From Solitalea canadensis DSM 3403 (lineage in GTDB: Bacteria; Bacteroidota; Bacteroidia; Sphingobacteriales; Sphingobacteriaceae), in contig NC_017770.1 in the NCBI RefSeq assembly GCF_000242635.2, forward strand, positions 1,468,669-1,500,668: a stretch of 32,000 nt of DNA. The letters run 5' to 3'. The notes below the pieces were generated by a model that did not search any database, had not been told where the DNA came from, and saw only the letters and a program-made list of their open reading frames with translations. Both the position numbers and the translations under genes were made by a program. Every line of letters starts with the position of its first letter. Within the stretch, counting starts at the first letter, position 1. Below, piece after piece: positions 1 through 7,438 of the stretch.

Positions 1-282
1 AGTTCGGTCCCTATCTGTTGTGGGCGTAGGATATTTGAGTGGACCTGACCTTAGTACGAGAGGACCGGGTTGGACGAACCGCTAGTGAATCAGTTATGAC
101 GCCAGTTGTACAGCTGAGTAGCTACGTTCGGTCGAGATAAGCGCTGAAAGCATCTAAGTGCGAAACTCACCACAAGATGAGATATCCATACAGGATCGTG
201 GAAGATGACCACGTTGATAGGCTACAGATGTAAAGGTGGTAACATCAAAGTCGAGTAGTACTAATCATCCGAAACTTTCTGC
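1..282 (+). rRNA. rrl: 23S rRNA, 3'-terminal ~280 nt (truncated by window start)
   Basis: Universally conserved 23S domain V/VI strings are present: AGTTCGGTCCCTATCTG, TAGTACGAGAGGACCGG, GCTGAAAGCATCTAAG, GTTGATAGGC, GTACTAATC. The 3' end is estimated to +/-10 nt by analogy with the E. coli 23S terminus. Confidence 0.95.
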
Positions 283-355
283 AAAGAAAGCCTCGTTTAC
301 TTTCTGCGGTAGTAACTTCTTTCAAAAATATGTCTAAAAGAGATTCAAAAGATAT

Positions 356-466
<111 letters not shown>

Positions 467-474
467 TTTTATAC

Positions 475-512
475 AAGCCCGTTGGTGAATAACCAATGGG
501 CTTTGTTTGTTT
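475..512 (+). terminator. rho-independent terminator of the rRNA operon
   Basis: AAGCCCGTTGG-TGAATAA-CCAATGGGCTT forms an 11-bp stem with one G-U pair, followed by TGTTTGTTT. It lies directly after the 5S gene. Confidence 0.6.
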
Positions 513-684
513 ACAGCCCAACCAATTGGTAGTAAACTACACGGTGGATCGGTTCCCTTTGGGTAGTTATTGGTTTTGTACCTAAAGGCACAACAAAGCT
601 GAATAAATGACTATACCTACCGAGCTGTTGCACCTGATGGCGCAATGCCTGAAACGACGTAAGACCGTCAGGTATAAAGGTATC

Positions 685-1053
685 CTGTCCGGAAATGAAT
701 TGTCCAGGCATTTACATTTAGTCAACAGATTCTTCGTGCCTCAGGATGACACACCGTTGGGTCCATTGTGCTAATTAAAATTTATGTAGAAGATTGCTCC
801 AGCGGAGCAAACATCGGTAGCCATGACACATCCCAAAAACAATTGTGCCGTTAGGTACAAAACAGTAGCCGGTTCGGTAATGAACTGTCCAGCCATACGC
901 ATTTAGTCAACGGATCCTGTGTGCCTCAGGATGACACACGGTTGATCGATTGTGCTAGTTAAGTAGTTCCTTAGTTGATACTTTAACGTAAGGAAAGTTC
1001 CAGCGGAGCAAAACATCGGTAGCAATGACGTCCAAAAAGCGGTTGTGTCATCA
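685..1053. repeat. two tandem ~195-bp non-coding repeat units built from short hairpin modules (REP-like)
   Basis: Unit A runs 685-879 and unit B 880-~1053. Shared blocks are ATGAAYTGTCCAG, CATTTAGTCAACRGAT, GTGCCTCAGGATGACACAC, ATTGTGCTA and TCCAGCGGAGCAAA(A)CATCGGTAGC. The internal spacer differs between units (24 vs ~41 nt). The modules are small stem-loops, e.g. TTGCTCC-AGC-GGAGCAA and TTGTGCC-GTTA-GGTACAA. An inverted copy of the second module sits at 574-591. Confidence 0.75.
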
Positions 1054-1062
1054 GAATTATTA

Positions 1063-1470
1063 TTATTCTTCTATATAAAAATAATCTTCAATTAAACGTT
1101 TAATGATAAGTATTGGAATAACTATTAAGAAGGAAATCCAGACTGTAGGTTGATTGTTTAAAGTTTTAAGTAATTCCTTCGTTAAAAATAGAATTGAAAC
1201 TAAACAAGAGAATCCATATAAAAGATATTTCCAATCAAAAATCCCTTCTTTTATAATCAGGAGTATGGAGCTTCTGTTTTCAATTTCAAGTTTTAAAACT
1301 TTGCCCTTGCCGAATACTATATAGACACAATCGTTTGAATTTATGTTAAACCTTTTTTCTTCAGATGAGTAAAATGCATATTTCTTGTTATTAATAATAA
1401 CATGTGCGGGTCTGTTCTTTAGAAAATAGTTGTTTTGTCGTTTTATTATGATTTGACAATCATTTATCAT
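1063..1470 (-). CDS. hypothetical small membrane protein (orphan, very AT-rich)
   Basis: 135-aa ORF with an ATG start. The N-terminal ~75 aa are soluble and Asn/Lys/Ile-rich, followed by two hydrophobic segments (YLLYGFSCLVSILFL, VWISFLIVIPILII). I recognise no family motif. Local GC is clearly lower than in neighbouring genes. Confidence 0.5.
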   Translation of the reverse strand: MINDCQIIIKRQNNYFLKNRPAHVIINNKKYAFYSSEEKRFNINSNDCVYIVFGKGKVLKLEIENRSSILLIIKEGIFDWKYLLYGFSCLVSILFLTKELLKTLNNQPTVWISFLIVIPILIIKRLIEDYFYIEE

Positions 1471-1822
1471 GTGTAGTGCTTTTATGAATTAAGCTTTATT
1501 TATTATAACCGGCAATATAGGCTTTTGCCGCTTTGTCGGGTTTGATGTATCATTGCTGAATCGTTTTTTATCAGTAATAATATATCTTCAATGAACTCTA
1601 TTTGGTTGTACTCCTCTTCTTTTTATACATCACATAAATAGATAATTGTGCATAGAATATGTTTTTCATTACTATTCTATAAGCATACAAATTGCATTGT
1701 ATCTTTTTTACTATTAGAAATACAATATAGTTACAAGTTAAGTGTAACTACATTTTTAAAGACTTTAATTAGAGCTACATCAAATTTTAATCTATCTTAG
1801 TTCCCCCTAACTAACCATAATA

Positions 1823-4300
1823 ATGAAGAAAGCATTCGTTTTTTTATCAATTATTTTATTTCCATTCATTGGTTTGCGTGCTCAGCAACCTAAGGTTTAC
1901 AGCTCTTCTGAAATTTTACTTGCACTGAAAAAGCTGAATACATTTGGTTCTGCACTTTACGTGGCTGCTCATCCAGATGATGAAAATACACGGTTGATTG
2001 CATGGTTAGCTAATGAAAAGAATGTTAGGACTGGGTATTTATCAATGACTCGTGGTGATGGTGGGCAAAATCTTATTGGTGATCAACAAGGGGAATTGTT
2101 AGGGTTGATCAGAACACAGGAATTGTTGGCTGCCCGAAGAGTTGACGGTGCTGAACAGTTTTTTACAAGAGCAAACGACTTTGGTTTTTCGAAGAATCCT
2201 GAGGAGACATTTAAAATTTGGAATAAAGACTCCATCCTGGCTGATGTAGTTTGGACAATCAGGAAATTTCGTCCGGATGTTATCATAACACGGTTCGCTA
2301 CTGATGGAAGTGGAGGACATGGTCATCATACAGCTTCAGCTATTTTGGCGGAAGAAGCATTTACAGCTGCAGCAGATCCTAACCGTTTTCCTGAACAATT
2401 AAAGTATGTACAACCTTGGCAAGCAAAGCGGTTGCTTTATAATAATGCATCTCGTTTTTGGAATCCTAATGCGGATATGACTGGGAATGTTGCTGTAGAG
2501 GTGGGTTCTTATAATGCAATGCTTGGAAAATCTTATGGTGAGTTAGCTGCTGAAAGCAGAAGCATGCATAAGAGTCAGGGATTTGGGTCGGCTAAAACTC
2601 GGGGTTCTGTAACTGAGTATTTCAAGAATATTAAAGGATATGCAGCTGAAAAGGATATTTTCGACGGTATTGAACTTTCGGCTAATCATGTTGCCGGTGC
2701 TGAAAGCTTTATGCAATGGTCGAAGAAAGCACAGGATGAATTTTTAGCTGATGAACCGGGGACAGTTATTCCTGATTTATTGAATGCTTATAAGGCTTTA
2801 GATTCTATTCAAGACTCTTACTGGAAAAATCAAAAAAGGAAAGAACTTGAAAATGTATTGTTAGCTTGTTCAGGAATATACCTGGAAGCTACTGCATCTG
2901 ATTATTATGTGGCTCCGGGGGATGTTTTGAAAGTGGCTGTTTCTGCAATCAATCGCTCTGAGGCTTCAATCGTACTTGAAAAAGTAATATTGCCGCAAGG
3001 TTCAAATAGCTCGCCTCAGAAAAACTTAGAAAAAGATCAACTTTATAAAGAAGATAAATCATTGACTCTGGATACAAAAATTGCCTATAGTAATCCTTAT
3101 TGGTTGACAGAGAAGCATTCGGAAGGGCTATTTCGTGTTAATGACCCTTTACTTATTGGATTAGCTGAAGCTCCAGAACCTATTGAAGCTCAATTTGTAC
3201 TGTCTTATCAGGGCCAAATTATTTCAATTAGTAAACCTGTTGTGTATAAGTGGGTTGATCCTGTTGACGGAGAATTATATAGACCCGTTGAAGTTACGCC
3301 TCCGGTTATGGTAAATCTTGATGCTAAGTCGTATATTTTCCCTAATGGGCAATCAAAAAAAATACGTGTATTAATAAAAGCAGGTAAAGATAACTGTTCT
3401 GGTTCTGCATCGCTTGAAGTACCAGCCGGTTGGAAAGTTTCACCTGCATCTATTCCTTTCTCTTTTAAAAAGAAAGGTGAAGAGCTGGCCGTAGAGTTTA
3501 ATATTACGCCATCCTCAGAAAATGCAACAGTAGGAGTAAAGGCACATGCAACTGTTGATGGTCAAATTTACGGCAAAGGTTTACAGGTAATTGAATATAA
3601 ACATATTCCTACTCAAACTTTATTTCCGGACGCAGAAGCAAAGCTTGTTAGATTTAACATTAATCATAAATCAAAAACTATCGGTTATATAAAAGGTGCA
3701 GGTGATGATGTGCCCCGTAGTTTAGAACAAATAGGTTATGAGGTAAAGATGTTAAATGATGGGATGCTCAGTAACGGAGTTGATCTATCAGTTTATGATG
3801 CCATTGTAATTGGAGTTCGCGCTTATAATACCAATGAACGCATGAAGTTTTATTATAATAAACTGATGGATTATGTTAAAAACGGAGGTAATCTTATTGT
3901 TCAATACAATACCAATAATTTTCTGGGCGGTGTGAAGTCAGAGATAGGTCCTTATCCGTTTACGATTTCCCGCGATAGGGTTACCGATGAGAATGCTGAG
4001 GTTCGTTTTGAATTACCCAAACATAAAGTGTTAAACACTCCTAATAAGATAGGAGCAGATGATTTTAAGAACTGGATACAGGAAAGAGGTATTTATTTCG
4101 CTGGTGATTGGGATAAAAATTATGAAACTCCGTTTAGCCTAAATGATCCTAACGAAAACTCTTCTAAAGGCAGTACGCTTATCGCAAAATACGGGAAAGG
4201 GCATTTTGTATATACGGGTTTGGTATTCTTTAGGGAATTGCCTGCAGGTGTTCCGGGAGCATATCGCTTATTCGTGAATATGATTGAACTTGGTAAATAA
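1823..4300 (+). CDS. secreted multidomain PIG-L/LmbE-family deacetylase (825 aa)
   Basis: Signal peptide MKKAFVFLSIILFPFIGLRAQQ. The N-terminus has LmbE/PIG-L zinc-site motifs (AHPDDENTRL, GGHGHHTAS). The long C-terminal region ends in a ThuA/GATase1-like segment (YDAIVIGVRAYN...GGNLIVQYN). Confidence 0.85.
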   Translation: MKKAFVFLSIILFPFIGLRAQQPKVYSSSEILLALKKLNTFGSALYVAAHPDDENTRLIAWLANEKNVRTGYLSMTRGDGGQNLIGDQQGELLGLIRTQELLAARRVDGAEQFFTRANDFGFSKNPEETFKIWNKDSILADVVWTIRKFRPDVIITRFATDGSGGHGHHTASAILAEEAFTAAADPNRFPEQLKYVQPWQAKRLLYNNASRFWNPNADMTGNVAVEVGSYNAMLGKSYGELAAESRSMHKSQGFGSAKTRGSVTEYFKNIKGYAAEKDIFDGIELSANHVAGAESFMQWSKKAQDEFLADEPGTVIPDLLNAYKALDSIQDSYWKNQKRKELENVLLACSGIYLEATASDYYVAPGDVLKVAVSAINRSEASIVLEKVILPQGSNSSPQKNLEKDQLYKEDKSLTLDTKIAYSNPYWLTEKHSEGLFRVNDPLLIGLAEAPEPIEAQFVLSYQGQIISISKPVVYKWVDPVDGELYRPVEVTPPVMVNLDAKSYIFPNGQSKKIRVLIKAGKDNCSGSASLEVPAGWKVSPASIPFSFKKKGEELAVEFNITPSSENATVGVKAHATVDGQIYGKGLQVIEYKHIPTQTLFPDAEAKLVRFNINHKSKTIGYIKGAGDDVPRSLEQIGYEVKMLNDGMLSNGVDLSVYDAIVIGVRAYNTNERMKFYYNKLMDYVKNGGNLIVQYNTNNFLGGVKSEIGPYPFTISRDRVTDENAEVRFELPKHKVLNTPNKIGADDFKNWIQERGIYFAGDWDKNYETPFSLNDPNENSSKGSTLIAKYGKGHFVYTGLVFFRELPAGVPGAYRLFVNMIELGK

Positions 4301-4308
4301 GACTTTGT

Positions 4309-4345
4309 AAAGGCATACGTTTAATAGACTTGTGCCTTTGTTATT
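4309..4345 (+). terminator. weak stem-loop after the deacetylase gene (possible attenuating terminator)
   Basis: AAAGGCATA (4309-4317) pairs with TGTGCCTTT (4331-4339): 9 bp with one G-U and a 13-nt loop, followed by GTTATTCTATTTG. The large loop and poor U-tract make this uncertain. Confidence 0.3.
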
Positions 4346-4359
4346 CTATTTGTATAAGG

Positions 4360-4470
4360 ATGAATGATCAGTCATTAGTCAAGAAATGGAATCGTCTATA
4401 CTTTTTAGTAATAGCATTCCTATTAGTTGAAATCATTTTATTTTATTACCTGACCAGTTACTTTTCATGA
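4360..4470 (+). CDS. 36-aa single-pass membrane micro-protein, translationally coupled to the symporter
   Basis: Not in the ORF track because it is under 60 aa. I translated it as ATG..TGA = MNDQSLVKKWNRLYFLVIAFLLVEIILFYYLTSYFS. It has a basic N-terminus (KKWNR) and one ~23-aa hydrophobic helix. Its TGA stop overlaps the symporter ATG (ATGA at 4467-4470). Confidence 0.55.
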   Translation: MNDQSLVKKWNRLYFLVIAFLLVEIILFYYLTSYFS

Positions 4471-6185
4471 GGCAACTTGATTGGCTTGTTCTGATTTTAA
4501 CTCTTTCATTTATCGTTTTTTATGGTCTTTGGAAGAGTCGGAAAAACAGGGATACTGAGACCTACCTTCGTGCGAATACATCTCCTTGGTATATGGTGGG
4601 GCTTACCATTATGGCTACTCAGGCCAGTGCTGTAACTTTTCTATCGGCACCTGGACAAGCATATACCGATGGGATGCGCTTTGTACAGTATTATTTTGGT
4701 TTACCATTAGCGATGTTGGTATTGTGTCTTACGGCTGTTCCTATTTATCATCGACTTAAAGTTTATACTGCTTATGAATACCTAGAGGGGCGTTTTGACC
4801 TGAAAACACGTTCATTAGCCGCATTTCTGTTTTTAGTTCAGAGAGGACTGGGAACCGGTATTACTGTTTTTGCTCCAAGTATTATTCTTTCTTCCATTTT
4901 TGGATGGAATATCTATGTAACCAATTTTGTGATTTGTGCAGTAGTTGTTATTTACACTGTAAGCGGTGGAATAAGAGCGGTTAATTATACCCAGATGGGA
5001 CAAATGACCATTATTCTGTCGGGTATGCTCATTGCGGGAATTTTAATTGCTTCACTTTTACCTAAAGAGGTAGGTTTTACAGATGCGTTAAAACTTGGTG
5101 GGAAACTAGGTCACATGAATATTATCGATCTGAAATTCGACCTTAATAACAAATACAATATTTGGTCGGGTATTTTGGGCGGTTTCTTTTTAGCACTATC
5201 GTATTTTGGAACAGATCAATCTCAAGTTGCTCGTTATTTAACGGCTAAAGATACTACCGAAAGCAGGTTAGGTTTGTTGTTTAATGGCATGGTTAAGATT
5301 CCTATGCAGTTTGGTATTCTATTAATAGGGGTATTATTATTGATATTTTACCAATTTCATGAAACACCAGTATTTTTTAATAATGTAGAAATAGAAAAGC
5401 TTGAAAAAAGTAAATATGCTGTTGACCTAAAGCAAATAGAAAGTAAGCATTCCGTCTTATTTCAACAAAAGAAAGAGCATGCCGAAGCAATGGTAACCGC
5501 TTTAAAGGCCAATGATGAAGCATCGATAGGAAAACTTCAGCATTCATTGAGAACAGATCAGGAGCAATTAAAAGCTGTTCGCACTGATCTTAAAAACCTG
5601 ATGATCAAAAATGATGAATCAGCAAATACTGAAGATGTTAATTATATATTTCTGTGGTTTGTGAACAATCATTTTCCGGTTGGTATGGTAGGATTGCTAA
5701 TTGCTGTAATTCTTGCTGCATCGATGTCATCCTCATCTTCTGCATTGCAGGCTTTAGCATCTACATCAGTTATCGATATTTATAAGAGAAGTGTCCGTCC
5801 TGATCAAAATGATGCACATTATTTATCGGCATCAAGATGGGCTACAATTATATGGGGCTTTTTAGTAATGTTGGTTGCTGGTTTGGCTACTCGATTAGGA
5901 AGTTTGATAGAAGCTGTTAACGTTTTAGGATCATTGTTTTATGGTGCTATTCTTGGTATTTTTATGGTAGCCTTTTTTATGAAATGGATTAAAGGAACTG
6001 CCGTTTTCTATGCTGCTCTAATTACCCAAATATTGGTATTGCTAGGATACTCATTTACAAATATTTCCTTTTTATGGTATAATTTAATTGGCTGTTTACT
6101 TGTGATGTTTATATCTCCTGTTCTTCAGTTAATTATTCCAGTTCATGATGAGAAAAGTGTAATGTCTTCAACAGATAATCGCTGA
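4467..6185 (+). CDS. sodium:solute symporter (SSS/SSF family) with a large hydrophilic insert
   Basis: 572 aa, polytopic, with SSF-like blocks (ATQASAVTFLSAPGQAY, TAYEYLEGRF, GTDQSQVARYL). A ~90-aa Lys/Glu/Gln-rich helical insert lies between hydrophobic segments (nt ~5379-5646). Confidence 0.85.
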   Translation: MRQLDWLVLILTLSFIVFYGLWKSRKNRDTETYLRANTSPWYMVGLTIMATQASAVTFLSAPGQAYTDGMRFVQYYFGLPLAMLVLCLTAVPIYHRLKVYTAYEYLEGRFDLKTRSLAAFLFLVQRGLGTGITVFAPSIILSSIFGWNIYVTNFVICAVVVIYTVSGGIRAVNYTQMGQMTIILSGMLIAGILIASLLPKEVGFTDALKLGGKLGHMNIIDLKFDLNNKYNIWSGILGGFFLALSYFGTDQSQVARYLTAKDTTESRLGLLFNGMVKIPMQFGILLIGVLLLIFYQFHETPVFFNNVEIEKLEKSKYAVDLKQIESKHSVLFQQKKEHAEAMVTALKANDEASIGKLQHSLRTDQEQLKAVRTDLKNLMIKNDESANTEDVNYIFLWFVNNHFPVGMVGLLIAVILAASMSSSSSALQALASTSVIDIYKRSVRPDQNDAHYLSASRWATIIWGFLVMLVAGLATRLGSLIEAVNVLGSLFYGAILGIFMVAFFMKWIKGTAVFYAALITQILVLLGYSFTNISFLWYNLIGCLLVMFISPVLQLIIPVHDEKSVMSSTDNR

Positions 6186-6266
6186 TAATTTGCCGGATTT
6201 TTGTAAAAGCTTTTTAACTTAAGGAGAGAAAGTGCTAATACTGGAATAAATCTTATCTAAATCATA

Positions 6267-7394
6267 ATGAAAAAAATAGTGCGCTCAGTTTTCATTGGAC
6301 TGCTCTTTATTAATTTGTCATTTGCTTCTGCACAGCTTAAACCCGGATTTGATGCAGCTGAATATGCCGGATTACTAACTTTGCGGTTTGATTCTTTAGC
6401 TATTGGTTACCAGGTTCACGTTACCCCGTCGCTTTCTTATAAATTATTATACCAATCTCCTGAAGTTGGCTTGTTCAATAAATGTGATTTCTGGCTTCGG
6501 AATGATAATGTGGTAATAATAAATATCCGTGGAACAATCAATAAAACAGAATCGTGGCTGGAGAATTTTTATTCGGCAATGATTCCAGCAACCGGGCAAC
6601 TACAGTTGAATGACAGTACATTGTTTAACTATAAACTTGCTGAACGCACTGATGCTTATATTCATGTAGGCTGGACAATTGGAATAGCACATTTGGCTCC
6701 AATAATCGTAAGTGAGCTTAATAAATTGTATAAGTCAGGGTATAAAGAAGTGATCATTTTTGGTCACAGCCAGGGGGGAGCTATCGCTTATTTAACGCGT
6801 TCTTATTTGCAATACTTACCCGCAACTCAGCTTCCTAAAGATATTATTTATAAAACGTATTGTAGTGCAGCACCCAAACCAGGTAATCTGTATTATGCTT
6901 ATGATTTTGATTTTATTACGCGTGATGGCTGGGCTTTACGGGTTGTAAATACGGCCGACTGGGTTCCCGAAACTCCATTAACGGTTCAAACTTTATCTGA
7001 TATGAATCAGGCAAATCCTGTAGTAGATTACAAAAACTCTATTCAGTCAATGTCGTGGTTGGTACGTATGTATGTTAATTCAGCTTATAAAAAGATGGAC
7101 CGTACAGCAGATAAGGGAGTTAAGTATTATCAAAAATACTTAGGCAACATGGTTTTCAAACAGGTGAAGAAAACATTGCCTCAGCTGAAAGAACCTGCCT
7201 ATGCCCCAAGTAATTATTATTTACCTGCGGGTACTCAAGTGGTACTAATGGCAGATTCTGCTTATTATCAAAATTTTAAGTTTACAGGTAAGAACGTATT
7301 TGTAAACCATATGTACGAACCGTACCTGTATCTATTGAATAAATATTATCCTGCGAATCAGTTCGTTGGTCAGAAAAAAGCTATTGACAATTAA
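6267..7394 (+). CDS. secreted class-3 (Lipase_3-like) lipase / alpha/beta hydrolase
   Basis: Signal peptide MKKIVRSVFIGLLFINLSFASAQ. Nucleophile elbow VIIFGHSQGGAIAYL (GxSxG). Size and layout are typical of bacterial class-3 lipases. Confidence 0.7.
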   Translation: MKKIVRSVFIGLLFINLSFASAQLKPGFDAAEYAGLLTLRFDSLAIGYQVHVTPSLSYKLLYQSPEVGLFNKCDFWLRNDNVVIINIRGTINKTESWLENFYSAMIPATGQLQLNDSTLFNYKLAERTDAYIHVGWTIGIAHLAPIIVSELNKLYKSGYKEVIIFGHSQGGAIAYLTRSYLQYLPATQLPKDIIYKTYCSAAPKPGNLYYAYDFDFITRDGWALRVVNTADWVPETPLTVQTLSDMNQANPVVDYKNSIQSMSWLVRMYVNSAYKKMDRTADKGVKYYQKYLGNMVFKQVKKTLPQLKEPAYAPSNYYLPAGTQVVLMADSAYYQNFKFTGKNVFVNHMYEPYLYLLNKYYPANQFVGQKKAIDN

Positions 7395-7438
7395 GAAAAT
7401 TATAGTAGATTTCACTTCCAATTTGTGTATAAACTTAT

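Noticed and set aside
513-700. Possible tRNA or other small RNA gene distal to 5S
   Set aside because: I could find no cloverleaf, no GTTCRANYC T-loop box and no anticodon-stem pattern, only short generic hairpins such as ACCTGATGG...CCGTCAGGT.
511-711. 66-aa - strand ORF just after the 5S terminator
   Set aside because: It starts inside repeat unit A. The equivalent ORF in unit B (MAGQFITEPATV...) shares only the first ~6 residues, because the frames run out of the repeat into unrelated sequence. The conservation is therefore at the nucleotide-repeat level, not the protein level, and I treat it as non-coding.
2083-2329. Two overlapping - strand ORFs (67 and 76 aa) inside the PIG-L gene
   Set aside because: They are antisense to a well-supported, motif-bearing CDS. 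The peptides are low-complexity with no motifs, as expected by chance in AT-rich DNA.
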